Positions 21,738 through 35,194 of a stretch of DNA of 64,000 nucleotides are shown in pieces. Both the position numbers and the translations under genes were made by a program. The first letter of the stretch is position 1. Each line of letters starts with the position of its first letter. The stretch covers positions 2,790,001-2,854,000 of the forward strand of contig CM119385.1 in assembly GCA_051294905.1 (NCBI GenBank). The letters run 5' to 3'. Below the pieces are notes generated by a model. That model was not told the DNA's origin and did not search any database. It saw only the letters and a program-made list of their open reading frames with translations. The stretch is from Botryllus schlosseri (Eukaryota).

Positions 21738-24100
21738 ATGGCTTTCTCTCAAGAGAAGTATATCCGCGTGCCGGTTCTAGAATTGTTACCAAGCTCTAAA
21801 GATTTTTGGAGGTGTTCAACCACTGGGACAAAATATGTTGACAAGTTTCATATCGGCTGTAGAGTCTTCTTTGCCACTGACGAGCAGCACAGACACTGGA
21901 CAACCATCTCACAGTGGCCGCAGCGACGTAGTTGTCGATAAGTTGGCTATTTTGACTGGTTACATATCGCCGAGCGTTATACTCTTTATTCGAAGATCGT
22001 GGCACATTCGAATCGGCCATGGCGCACCTAACCAAGTTATACCGGAAGAAAAAGAACATCACGCATGCTAGACATTTACTAGCAACTGCTAAGCAAGACT
22101 CTAGCGAAACTGTCCCTCAGTTTTCTCAGAGGTTGGTCGCCCTATCGCGCGATTGCAATTTCGAAGCTGTTAGTGCAGAAGAGCACAATATGGAGGCCGT
22201 ACGAGATGCCCTAATTACAGGCTTGCGCTCATCTGGTATTAGATTGCGTCTTCTTGAACATGATGAGTTAACACTCGAAAAAGCCATGCCGATAGCCGAC
22301 TCTCTTGAACGAACACAAGCATTTTCCTCGTCCTATGAAATCTCTCCTCCTACCGCTAACATGGTTCCGGGAAATCAGGAACTGCAGAAGACTTCAGATC
22401 CGCCAGAACAATTGCCTGCATTGTCCCACAGCTCTGAATTGTCTGCTTTACAGAATAAGTCTTCTGGAAGGAAAACGTGTATACTTTGTGGTGGTTTCCA
22501 TCAGAGTTGGATCAATTGTAATTTGTAATTGTAATTTAATGTAATTAATTACATTTTTCAATGTAATTAATTACATTTTTCAATGTAATTGTAATGTAAT
22601 TGTAATTGAAGCATTTTTATTTTGTGTAATTGTAATTGTAATTTGACAAAAATTTTGCCAAATTACAATTTCAATTACATTAAATTGCTATTGAGACCTG
22701 ACAAGCACAACGTAAAATAATTGACTTATAATGCATTCTCTTTAAATGTCGACAAGGAATTTGATGGATCCATTTGCGGAAGCCCTTGACTTCGTCCTTG
22801 CGGGCGAAGTTTTGTTTTTATTTTTACCGCTATGCTGGCCTCGGCTGCCATTGTATACAATTATTAGCTTACTAACCAACGGATGGATTCTCAACACGTG
22901 ACTCACGATTGAATACGCCGAGAAGCGAACTGCTGAGCCGGCTAAAAGCAGCAGATCCAGGCGTCGAAATTTGATATGTATGGTCCTAATCGGAAGCTAG
23001 TGTCGCACTGATTCCGCAATAAAAGTATATTTCCAGGCAATGGTACCATCCCAAAATAGTCGTGAAAGTCTGGGAATCGGCATTGTTCTGAACAATTGCT
23101 GGGCGTAATTGGTCATTGTTGTGGTCAACTGGTCATGCTGCTGCAGCGCTCTCACTTTTCAAAACAGTCGGCCTTAAACGGCTATTTTGGAGCAGTTACA
23201 TTGCCCTGACGAGATTTTAATTTGTATTTTCGGAATTAGTGCATCGATAGCGTACGATAAAGACCAGATGCATCAAATTTAGACGCTTGGATCGCCAGCT
23301 CTAGGACTACAAGGTTTGCTGCTTTTAGCCGGCTCTGCAAAGTTTTTCGGTGCATTCATCCGTGACTCACATCTTGCGCATATATCCGTGGGTTGGCAAT
23401 CTACAATACGATTTCAGATCACGATGCTGCATCGTTACTTTGTCTGGCTAACTAACCAGATCACTGAATATTATATAACGTCTTATCTGACAAAGCACGA
23501 TTTTGTTTTTACTCCTCATCCTAATTCCTACGTCCCTCGATAAAAATGATATTATTTCTTTAATTATATACTATATACGCAAATCCAACACTTGCATATA
23601 TTATAATACTTTTTTCAACGACATACTGTATATAGTTCGAAAACGTTTTTTCTTTTTATTAATTAACGGGTATTTGCGCATCATGAATGAAACATGAATA
23701 CTTGAATTGTTGTTAATTACGACGCTACGGTTGTCAAGGAGCACGGTTGAATTTATGATTGTTCAATTACATGTTCAACAGCAGCAATTGTAATTGTAAT
23801 TGTAATGTAATTGAAGCATGCGAGGAGTAATTGTAATTTGATATTTTTAGCATGGAGTAATTGTAATTGTAATGTAATTGAAAGATGCATGAAAGTAATT
23901 GTAATTGTAATTGTAATTGAACTGAAATAATGTAATTGATCCAACTCTGGTTTCCATACTATGTTTCGCAAGTTCTGCCCATCTCAAAACAGCGAATGCT
24001 CGAGATGTGGCCGACGGGGTCATTTCGCCAAAGTTTGCAAATTCAATTTGGCAATGCTAGACGGTGTACCCGGCTCTTTGAAGAGATCGGCGTTTAAAGT
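21738..24100 (+). pseudogene. gag: Gypsy gag with two zinc knuckles (split by a hAT insertion)
   Basis: RDALITGLRSSGIRLRLLE..LTLEKA; the rejoined sequence reads CILCGGFHTMFRKFCPSQNSECSRCGRRGHFAKVC. Confidence 0.88.
22502..23949. mobile_element. hAT non-autonomous element with GTAATT arrays, inserted in gag
   Basis: 16-bp TIR CAGAGTTGGATCAATT; perfect TSD GTTTCCAT (22494-22501, 23950-23957). Confidence 0.93.
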
Positions 24101-26890
24101 CTTTGTTGCCGAGAAGTTGGTTGAAGTACGGGTAGATTCAGGAGCGTACGAATGCTACATTAGCTCATCATTCGCCAAAATTCTTAATCGCGTTATTACT
24201 TCTCGGGACTATACCATTACCCTGGCATCAAAATCTTCTTAGTCTCGGGTTATTGGTCACGCGAACGTGACGCTTCGTATCGAAGATAACGATTACGGCG
24301 TAACTCAATTTTGCGTTGTGGATGAATTGTGCGCCGACGTAATTATCGGTTTAGATTTCCTCAAGCAACATAAAAGAGTCATCTTCAACTTCGGTGGACC
24401 AAAAGGAGATCTGGTGATAGGACGCAAGCATTGTGCCGTAGCTGCAGCCAAAGTGAATGCGCCACCTGAAATATTCAAGTTCTTCGATCCAGCTATGAAG
24501 CCTGTCGCTGTGAAGTCGAGAAAATATAGCTCAGAAGATCGATCTTTCGTGCGTAGCGAGGTCTCGAAACTCCTCGACGAAGGCGTTATAGAGCAATCAG
24601 TATCTCCTTGGCGAGCTCAAGTTTTGGTAAGGAAAGACCTTCGTCATAAGAAAAGGTTAGTGATTGATTACTCGCGAACGATAAATCGATACACCCCTCT
24701 GGACGCTTATCCGTTACCGAAAATTGACGATATTGTCAACGAAGGTGCAAAAGGTGTTGTTTATAGCTCGATAGATCTCAAGTCTGTCTACCACCAGGTG
24801 CCGCTCTCTCCGGCTGACAGACCCTTCACAGCATTTGAAGCTGATGGTAGCCTGTATCAATTTCATCGCCTACCCCTCGGCGTCACCAGTGGGGTTTCTG
24901 CATTCCAGCGTTTCATTGACAAGTTCATAGCAGACAATCACCTGAATGGCACGATAGCTTATTTAGATGATGTAACTATATACGGAAGGAATAAAAAAGA
25001 ACACAATGAGAAGCTTTCTTCGTTCATGTCGGCCGCCGATTCAACAGGCCTAACGCTATATAAAAATAAATGTGCTTTTGTGGTTTCAAAGCTCTCACTG
25101 CTTGGCCATCTGACATCCCACAATGATATTCGATCCGATCCAGATCATTTGCGACCGTTGACGCAAATGTCTGTTCCAAGCGATGCTCGTGGTCTAAAAC
25201 GCTGTTTGGGCATGTTTTCCTACTATTTAAAATGGATCCCCTCCTTCTTCGACAAAGTGAAACCGCTATGCGAAAAGGTCGTGTTCCCCCCGCTTGATAA
25301 GCAGATAAATGCGTTTAAACGTTAAAACAGAATCTACTTCGTGTTTGTTTGAGCTGCATCCATGGTGACGAACCGTTTCAAGTTGAATGCGATGCTTCTG
25401 ACGTCTCGATAGCCTCTATTCTAAGCCAAAAGGGCAGGCCCGTTGCGTTCATGTCTCGAACGCTATCAAAATGTGAAATGAAATATCCTGCTGTAGAAAA
25501 GGAAGCACTGACATCGTCGAGTCTTTTCGAAAATGGCGTTATCTCTTGAACCGAAATGAATTTAAATTGATCACGGATCAAAATGCACTATCTTTCATTT
25601 TCTGCAAATATCATCCGAGTAAGATTAAAAATGCGAAGCTCACTCTGTGGAAACTCGACTTAAGTCCGCTAAAGTATCAAATCGTTCATCGCCCTGGTTC
25701 CGAGAACGTCGGACCTGATACTTTGTCTCGGGTGTGTTGTTCGACTCTGGGCCCGCCAAAATGAGCCTCCAAGAGATACATGAAGCGCTAAGTCACCCTG
25801 GAATTCGACGTCTTGATCACTTTGTCCTATCCAAGAGCCTCCCCTTTTCTATGGAGGATGTTTAACGAACTTGTGCTAATTGTCAAATATGTGCAAAATT
25901 GAAGCCTCGGTTTTTCAGGTCAAACCAAGCGAACAAGTTGATAAACGCATATTGCCATGGGAACGTACTAGCGTCGATTTTAAAGGTCCCGTTGATGGAA
26001 ACAGAAAGTTCGTACTTGTTATCATCGACGAATACAGTCGTTTCCCATTTGCTTATCCTTGTCGCGACAAGACGACGTCTACAGTCATCAATTGTCTTTC
26101 AACTTTGTTTTCGCTTGTCGGTGTACCGGAATATGTACATAGTGACAGGGGTGCATTATTTCTATCTAAAGACAGATTTCACTGATCACTGATTTCCTGA
26201 CACGCAAGCGTGTTGCCACCAGAAAGTCGACTCCCCTATCACCCGACTGGCAATTCGCAATGCGGGAGGCTCAATCAGACTCTGTTGAAATCCGTTGAAT
26301 TGCTTTTAGAAAGTCGGAGATTGACCGAGAAAAATTGGGAATCAGTTTTGCCGGATGCTCTGCATTCCATCCGGTCTCTCTTATGTACGGCGACTAATTG
26401 TTGTCCTCATGAAAGGTTCTTCCAATTTGAAAGGATATCCATGCTAGGAGACTCTATTCACGACTGGCTTCTTCAAGGCGGCACAGTGCTTCCACAAAAT
26501 TTTGTGCGGAACAAAGGCGACCCGCTTGTGAACGAGGTGGAACTGTTGGATGCTAACCCTAAATACGCTTTAATACGATACAGAAACGGCGTAGAATCGA
26601 CGGTTTCGGTTAAGGATCACGCACCCTACCCTGTTTCTGAGAGGTCATCCTGGGCGCGTGGAGGAACGGAGGAAGAGGTTTCTTCGACCAGCGATACAGT
26701 TGAGAGGACTCCCTATGAACTTGCGAAGTCCTCCAGAAGCGAAAGAGATGACGCTGCTTGTGAACCCCTTTCTCCGAGTCGCGATGAGGTCGTGCAGTCC
26801 AGTAGCAGCGGAGATGCAGAGGAACGTCCGCTACGACGATCCACGCGCATAAGGCGCGCTCCCGAACGTTACGGGCATGGGACCTCGTAG
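24100..26890 (+). pseudogene. pol: Gypsy pol (protease, RT, RNase H, integrase) with stops/frameshifts
   Basis: VDSGA protease; LPLGV and YLDD RT; CDASD, YPAVEKE, ITDQ RNase H; VDFKGP, IDEYSRFP, HSDRG integrase. Confidence 0.93.
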
Positions 26891-26923
26891 ATGCGAGTCC
26901 CTATTTTTCTTGGTGGGGGTGAA

Positions 26924-27137
26924 TATCGTGATTGTTCGCGACACTTGGTTGATTACTGATTACTGTAATTAGATTACTTCGCTCTGTTCATTCTGTTCGT
27001 ACCTCAGTTGCTTATGTCTGCACGCTTGAAAGTGCATGTCTTAGTTCCGTTTTGATTGTAACCTAATTTCAGTTAATAAAAATCTAGAAAGCTCTATCAA
27101 GCAAATTCGTCTACGCTTTCCTCGAAAGGTCACAACA
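26924..27137 (+). repeat. 3-prime LTR
   Basis: Follows the polypurine tract TGGTGGGGGTGAA; ends ...ACA; TG start mutated to TA. Confidence 0.95.
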
Positions 27138-27566
27138 ATAGTATGATCCTATTTTACGAAGAGGTCATTTTTTTGCTGTTTATCACTAAGCCTACAGTTG
27201 TCATTTGAAGAAGACCTATGTCGATTGCAAGATAATTCGGCTAAATTTGAACTTAATTTCATGGGGCTCTGCGGGGTCCATGACGGTCCGAAAGGGGTCC
27301 GCGAAGACAAAAAGGTTGAGAACCACTGTATTAGAAGCTATATATTGGGTTCTATCTTGAAAAAATATTTACCTGTTGCCCGCTCTGCTCGCTGACTTGG
27401 ACTCGAACTTGACTCGGTGGTAAATTGAAAATGACTCGACTTGACTCGAGTCAAAACTATAAAAGTGAGAGTGACTTGTGACCCGGAGCGTTGTGACTTG
27501 GTTAAAACACTGCAAGATAAGGTACAATGTGTATGAGGTACACAGGGGCAGGGAATACTACAACTT

Positions 27567-27850
27567 GCGAGTGGCGAGATAGCGCAGTGGTATAATCCGC
27601 GGCTGCAACACTAATGGGTGCGGGTTCGAGTCCGACCGAGGTCGACTTCAGAATTCCGATACGTAAGTGTAGGAGGTCTACCTAGGTTTCTCCTCGCGAC
27701 CTCGTCGGCGTTAGCGGTGTCTTGCAAAAAGCCTATAGAGGTTGGCCGCGCTATAAGTCGGCAGATACGGAAAATAATGAATGATGTCGGCCTGGTGTAA
27801 ATCACCATCGTAGTCGACAAACACAATGAATACCGCAAAACAAAACAAAA
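27567..27850 (+). mobile_element. tRNA-derived SINE, full length
   Basis: A box TAGCGCAGTGG, B box GGTTCGAGTCC, CAAAA tail, 10-bp TSD ACTACAACTT (27557-27566, 27851-27860). Confidence 0.9.
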
Positions 27851-28189
27851 ACTACAACTTATGAAGGATTACGAAAACAGTTTCTTCGGCGAATCGGTGC
27901 CACAACCATTTAAAACAAAAAAACATGTTTAAAACAAGGTCCTTCTTTAAAACATGCTTTTTATTATTATTTTAGTCATGGCGTCACGAATCTCTAATTG
28001 TGACGTCACAGCCGGTTGACATTGACAATTGAAAATTTAGGGTAAATATGGCTCCTTCGACGAAAAGGGCTGCCGACCACCGTTATAAACAGACCATAAA
28101 TATATTTAACAATTGCTACATCGTTATGTAACATTTTCACGGTCAGCGGTCATAATCATCAGAGCATCCATTTTGTACGAATGTTACTA

Positions 28190-28800
28190 CTTGCTATATC
28201 TGTTGAACCAACGTCTATTTTGAGGGTCATGCCATATCATATACGTCGACTATACTGGGCGCACGTCGTCCGTACGCTGCTGCTACATGTTTTCCGAAAG
28301 TATTTAAACAATTATGGCATAATTATACAATTTTTAAAGGCATTTGTTCAAATCACGGTTGGTTTTGAATGCAGCCCTACATCGAACAAATAAGCTTATT
28401 GGTCACCTACATTAATGAATTATGAATTTATTTTGTTGAAGTTATTTCGTAGGAAAAGTATCTTCATTATGACTTCATCTAAATGAAATTATTCCTTAGG
28501 GCTACAGGGATGGAAAGAGGAATGACACGACAATGATAGCATACAGCATTGGCGAAACGGGATTTTGAACGTGCATTTAAGAAGGCCGAATCACGGAACA
28601 TGTAAAACAAGGAAATATACGGAATTATCCAAGATAAATTTCTGTATTACCAAAGATCGACCAAACTCTCATTTAGGGTATCTGATAAGTATTATAATCA
28701 CGTGTAATTGTAGCCGAGGAGAATGCGGGTACTCTGATTCCTCTTTATTCATTTATTTGTTGCAAATATCATTCGCTCTCGAATTGCCGAATTAAAAAGT
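28190..28800 (+). pseudogene. Family B copy (internally deleted)
   Basis: cgtag|GAAAAGTATCTTCA..GCATACAGCATTGGCGAAACGGGATTTTG..ATATACGGAATTATCCAAGAT and the following intron match 38200-38700 (-) and 52900-53314 (+). Confidence 0.65.
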
Positions 28801-28879
28801 TATGGCTTTTAGCGTAGCAGAATATATTTTAAATAGGCTTTCAGAAGTACAGAAGTTCAATATTGTAGCAAACAATACG

Positions 28880-30200
28880 TTCGTGTTGCCAAATTTATTT
28901 CACTCGAAGTTTTTCGACTGGCTCTCTTCAGGAGCGAACGCCAGCAAATGAGGTTAACCAAGTTCGAAATATAGAAATAATTTAGTCGCTTTCAAACCTG
29001 TTACAAGCTGTGTCTATCCACGGGAGATGCAAATAAACTAGGCACCTTCTCCGTCCAAACGGCTTCTCTTTATGAAAATCTTGTATTTTACGTTCAATAG
29101 TTACTTCGATAATATGCTCTGGATAGCCATTGGCAATAAAAATATATTTGAGAGTATATATTTCAAAATTCAGTTATTCATTACTGCAAATCATCATGGC
29201 CCTGTGTACCAGGGTCCTTATCAAATTGGTTTTACGTTTCACAGGGCAAAACGAATCCCATGAAAGATACAAACCACTGAATGTAGCCTTACGGTAGGCA
29301 GATGTAACAATATTATTGTTCATCTTCTCAACAAAGACATCCGAAAACAACATCGAACTGTTATTCTCTTTTTCAACAGTAGATTTCAAAGAAGAGTGAA
29401 GGTCATTTAATTTGGCCAGGAACAAATCACATTGTGCTTTATTATTGAACATGACAAAGGTGTCATCAACATAGCGATAGTACATCAATGGCCGATCGGT
29501 AGCATCCAACAATCTCTTTTCATGAAACCCCACAAAGATGTTAGCCGAAATGGAGCCGAGTGGAGAACCCATTGCAACACCATCTGCTTGTACAATGTAC
29601 ATGATGTTATTAAAACTAATTCATCACTGCAAGTCGCCATTCGCATAGGTTTCAGGAACATAGATTTGGAAAATGGCGGAGATGGAAGCTCACCATCATG
29701 AATTGCATTGGCGCAGATCTCTATGGCTTCTTCGATAGTGACATTGGTTATATCAAAGGAGATTAGGTATACCTTGGAGGCATTATGATGAACATTATTG
29801 AAAGCGTCAACGAATCCCGAATGAAGTTGTCATCATAGAGCGCACTCACCGGCTTAACAAATTATCCCATCCACTTCGCGAGTAAATGGTACGCCGATCC
29901 AACCATCGATCATGTCGGGGGAAGGGGCACGTCTGACTTGTGGATTTTAGGAAGACCATACATTCGCGGACGAAGTGAACCAGTTGGTCTGACTTCGTCA
30001 TACATCGCCGATGAAATCTTTCCAGCATTTTTCAAGATTTGGAGCGCATGTTGACTACGCGATTGGATTTTCGCCGTGCTATCATGATCGCGTGCATGGG
30101 TCGATAGTTTGTAATTTCGTCTGATCGCTGAGTATAGTATTCATCTTGGAAATGTGGACAACTCCGGATACTTTATCAGGTTTAGTATTGTGAATAGACG
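28880..30200 (-). mobile_element. Penelope-like element RT fragment
   Basis: KPDK.SGVV, SFD, DGVAMGSPL..ANIF, RYVDD, YRK.T.SG.YL.W.S..P...K.NLI.TL..RA..ICS motifs; deletions; no GIY-YIG domain seen. Confidence 0.88.
28899..28938 (-). ncRNA. Minimal type I hammerhead ribozyme motif
   Basis: Minus strand: UUCGCUC-CUGAAGA-GAGCCAGUC-GAAA-AACU-UC-GAGUGAA; 7-bp stem I (one G-U), CUGANGA and GAAA cores, G-C closed stem II, UC cleavage site. Confidence 0.65.
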
Positions 30201-30449
30201 CATTAGTCTTCATTGACCTTCATTCATGTTAAAATAAATAACTGGGAACGATACTAAATTCAATGTGAGCAGATATATGCATCCCATTCTCAGTTGACTT
30301 ACTTATAGTTACACAAATCACTAAGACAAAATCCAATACCATTAATCCCCCGTATTGCTAATCTCAGATGTGAATTCGGGAGGGTTCGAACTACATGGTA
30401 TGAGACCCTAAATATACCACACACAATTATTGTATGGTTTATTATAGTC

Positions 30450-31581
30450 CAGTGGTCGGGAACCTATGGCTCACGAGCCATATATGACTCTTTTGGGTAT
30501 AAAATATGGCTCTTTGAGAAATTTTCAATTTTGCACTGAATTTATCAATATTCCAGCAATTCGTAGGAAAATTTTCATGACGGCGAGAATAATTATTATC
30601 GTGGCAGCATAAACATGTCTTTTAGGGGTCAGGACAGTGGGGTATCCAGGGTTAGGGGCTCGTATCACCCTCTTTTCAATATCCCTAAATTTAAGTGGCT
30701 GTCGCACCGGCGACTAACACCACTCGCGAATTCGATCTAGCCACCATCGCGCGCCTAGAAATCTTGGATTGCACAATACCTTGATTGACGAAAGAGAATA
30801 GCAGACACGGCGACACTTGCAGGATAAGGCAGTTTTCAAATACACATTGTTTTCCTTATCTGCTCCGAGAAATAAAATGTCTTCGAAGTGACATTCGCAA
30901 TTATAAATTCAAATTAAAAACAACGCCATAGCTATTCATTTTATTGATTGGTTAGTACCTTTTTAGCACCGCCGTAAAAGTGTAGGTGCGTAATGCAACA
31001 CTACGATACGCCGAATATTTTAGATGTCGATCAATACTTGGATTTTAAGAATCAACGCTACAACTACATTTGAATAATATCAATGATCATAAATTCTAAG
31101 CTATTTACGATGAGTTGCACTGTTACACACAGGTGAGGCTTGGCCCGCCTGTGCCTCAGCTGAGCCTTGCCTCTCCTTTCGCGCTTTATTTACGAACAAT
31201 AAATATAAAAATTCTGTGATTTTGGGAATAAAAATGTTCAAAATCTTGTCATTCATAAACATCGATAGAACATACCAATAACTATTGAAGGGTTCGCAAT
31301 TTGCTTCACTAATTCCTCACTTGCTTCCCCGAACCCCACGTCATGCACAGACGTATCACACGGCGGGTATTTTCTGCTGTATTGACCATGTTTGGCTCCA
31401 CCAACTCATGTGGGCAAAAAATGTGGCGTACACTACGAATCCCGTATATTAGTGCTGTCAATACGTCACGGATGTTCCAATGTGACGTAACAGTTGATTG
31501 ACGTGTATGGCTTTGTGGGAGTTACAATTTAAAATATAGGGCCAATATGACTCTTCGGTCGAAAAAGGTTACCGACCACTG
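30450..31581. mobile_element. hAT (Buster/Charlie-type) MITE
   Basis: CAGTGGTCGG termini; perfect TSD TTATAGTC (30442-30449, 31582-31589). Confidence 0.9.
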
Positions 31582-34233
31582 TTATAGTCGAATGGTCCTC
31601 GAGAGCGAATAAAGCGCGAAATATTTCCAATACCAAAGTCCCGAGAAGACCGACGGGACTTTGACCTCTTGCCACGACCGAAACTGCTGCAATCCAATCC
31701 CCCAATCGGTAAAGGTGCCCTAAATTATTTCGGTGAATGAACATAAATTAAACATCATGTTTTGACTACTCCCCCACGCAAGAATACGCATGATTATAGA
31801 AAGTAGAAATAGGCATTTCGGCGTCGGCCATTACCACGCCACGATGCACGAAGACATATGAAGTTCCGGTTAATATGGGACTCCGAGAAGTGTGTCAAAA
31901 AGACCGCCAGCGAGAAAACCTTAGCCGAAGACGATTGCCCTTATGTTGAGCGTAAACCTCGATGTATATAAGTCTAATAGTCCATAGGTGCTTTAACCGG
32001 TCGTAGCTTTATAGGGACATATGTATGCAATTACCACCTAGTCATTCATGCATTAAAACAATGTTGGCGCCTAGGGCGACCAGGTCAGCATAAAACTTTG
32101 CTGACCATCGAAATTACGCGATGGGGTTCTCGGGGGCGAAATCCTCACGAGGTTGGGTTTATCACGCTATGGGTGCGCAAGACAATCGTTTTTAATGGGG
32201 ACTGACGAAGTGCTGTTACGACTCTCCCTCTTACCCATTGTCTTTATTACAGTCCTTACGATATGAGGTGGGGGGGGGTGAGGCGCTGGAGAAAGATAAT
32301 TTTTGAAAAAGGGCGCTGGAGAAAAAAAGGTTAAGAACCACTGATGTACACGATACCAAGAGATAAATCGGGCCACATTATGCCACAATGCTGAAGTAGG
32401 CCTACGTAGTGACATTTTAAACGTCGCCAAATGTATCAGCTGGGGTCATTAAATGATACAATAATTATATAAAATCAATATCTTCCGTCGCTTTGCCAAC
32501 AATTTCGACGCGGACTTACAAGAGAATATAAAACGAAATCAAGATATACCCCATACGCCTGATAGATTTTTTACATTAGACAACGATACATTCTTTATAT
32601 GGATTTCATTGATTGGTTAAATAAGTATCATTTGCTGACCACCTAAATGTAGCGTAGGGATGCCATAGGGCCTACGTCCGGAATTTCCCGGAAATGTCCA
32701 GAATGTCACTGTTAAAACTACATCCAGGAGGAATTTCTAAAATATGCGTAAATGTCTTGAATTTTGAAGGCTTGAAGTAAGCTTTTCGTAAATCAGCATA
32801 AACAATATTTATTTTTTGGCAGATTTATGCTACATGAAAAATTTCGGTATATTCATGAAGTGGGTTTAAGCCGTCGGGACGCTTTATTCAAAAATAATGG
32901 TTCTAAACCTGGGGGTAGTTTGCCTTTATGCTGGGGTTCGCAAATATGTTGAACGTAATCTGCTTCCAAAATAGACCGTGAGTAAGTCTGGGCAAATGTG
33001 CCGACCTTCAATTGGTAATTAGATCATGAAATTTTGAACTGGGCCACGGAACATTTTCAAATTGGAAATTGAGTCGCAACCATAAAAGGTGGGAAACCAC
33101 CGGATGTGCGGTGTATATATAGCTCTGTGGTGCAGTACACACCAGCATTGATAAATATTCTTATCGGTGTGACATGAACATGACTTGGTGATGTATAACT
33201 ACGCTCCTTACATTTTCGAAGACATCGTCCTCCCCAAGCTCTACCGCTAACTCTGTTCATATGGGGAGGGGGGGGGGGTGAGAGAATCAAAATTATATTT
33301 ATGGAAGAACCAATATTATTGATATAATTCATTCAAAAACTTTAGCGACCAGATACATTTAGTAAGCCCACAAAAGTTTCATCGATTACTCCACGGTGGG
33401 ACCAAGATCAGTGAATATTTGGGAGGAAGGGGGCTGAAAAAATGTGGATTCGGCCCTGGTTACAAGTTACAACTTGCACACACCTAATGTGTGATGCGAT
33501 ATACAAGACACAATGCGATGTATGGCTTTGAAGGCATTGATGGCTATACGTCGTCTTTTAAGAGGATTTGTACTCTTTTTGAATTTTTTGAAAGTGTACT
33601 CGGAGGACACCCTTTTGTCTTCTTTTTTGAGATTTTGTCCTCTTTTTTGAGAATTTTTGTCATATTTATTGCAAAATCCGACTGAGATGCCGTAAATCAG
33701 CACCGAAGTGACACTCCGGCGGGTATTTCGGGAGCTGAACAAAAGGTTGAATATTTTTAGTCAACCACCCGACAGTGTGAAGGTAAAAACTGTATTTTGG
33801 GTAAAATTTATCATTTATTGAGAATTATCCTCCGGTTTTACAAGTCTGAAAATTCTGAAAAAATGTCATTTTTCAAGATTTCCAAATTGTGGTAACCCTA
33901 CTTTGATGACACTGGTATATCGGGCCTCCAGCCTATGCAGGATTACCAACTTATACTTCATTCTACTGCATCGGTATTATGCACACTTTTGACTTGCACG
34001 GATGAGAAATAAAATATTTTTTCTCGCCCTTCTCTCTGTCTCTTTTTGTTGCTCCATTCACGCTTGACTTGACGCTAGACTAGATGGCGCAATCAAAATT
34101 TGAAACGTCGTGCGATATAATCATTACAACTATTACGCGTACCAGTAAAGTGAACAGCGAAGTCTCAACGAAGTGGAATCAGGGAATAGAACAATGATTT
34201 AATGAGAGGTAGGCCTAATTCGTTTATTGATTA

Positions 34234-35194
34234 GGGGAGATGTGGTACCGATGGATCAAAAATTGCAAAATGATCTCTGTCCCTCAAATCTTCAGCCGAG
34301 AATAGCAGATCTTTTGCTGTCTCAACACTTCGATACAAGCTCTACCTATCGCAGACATTTACATGAGTATCCGCTTTTTCAAATAATATTTATAAACGTT
34401 TAAAAGTTGTTGCTCGAACGTGTCATCGGTCCCCACCCGGTGGGTCCAAAGGCACACGACCATGGGACCTATGAGACATACGCTCAAAAACTCAAATTTG
34501 TTCACTTGTTTTGTTGTGTACTATAAGCTAAGCTACAGCAAGTCAATGAAGAATGTTTCGTCGCGACCTTCAAGAATAAAATAGATTATATCAACTCAAA
34601 TGTTGGCATAAAATCTTGTTTTGATTTACGCTAACATTTACAAAATTAATGCCACATACATGTTACACGCAAATCGATATTTTGACTTTGAAATACCTCG
34701 TAATAGCGATAAAACACCACAGGTAAATATGATTTACAGCCTATATATATGTAGGCGAGTTTCTGTTGTTAAGTGATTAGTTGGTCCATCTATTTTGCTT
34801 GATGTGGCCATGGTACCATAGGTCCCCCACCCCATAAATATTGTAATTGACTTGAAAATAGTCCACTCGAGGATGGTATTGATTAAAAAAATACGTGCCA
34901 TTATATAGCCTGATACAAGCCCTATACTTCACCTCAAAAATTATGGCGGGTTTGTTAGTCTGAAAGGTGACATAGAAAAATGCAAATGTCGATCCAAATT
35001 TACTTTACACCCCCTAAAACGTAAATCATTCGTCACAGGCCCCATAACACACGCAGGTCGAATATTTTGCATGTGAGGAAAGATTCTGCCAGCATACAAT
35101 TGTAGACAAATTCACGGAGTGTAATCATGGAATTATCATGGAGAATTTTTCAAGTATTTTCGGTCCCAGTGATCCATCGGTACCACATCTCCCC
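34234..35194. mobile_element. Tc1/mariner-pogo type MITE
   Basis: Perfect 24-bp TIR GGGGAGATGTGGTACCGATGGATC flanked by TA on both sides. Confidence 0.85.

Larger units (their letters stand above)
21488..27137 (+). mobile_element. Full-length Ty3/Gypsy LTR retrotransposon (Mag-like), decayed
   Basis: Two 214-bp LTRs, 5-bp TSD ATAGT (21483-21487, 27138-27142), PPT 26911-26923, domain order gag-PR-RT-RH-IN. Confidence 0.95.

Noticed and set aside
27571-27645. tRNA gene
   Set aside because: Has A/B boxes but no convincing cloverleaf; it continues into a SINE body with tail and TSD.
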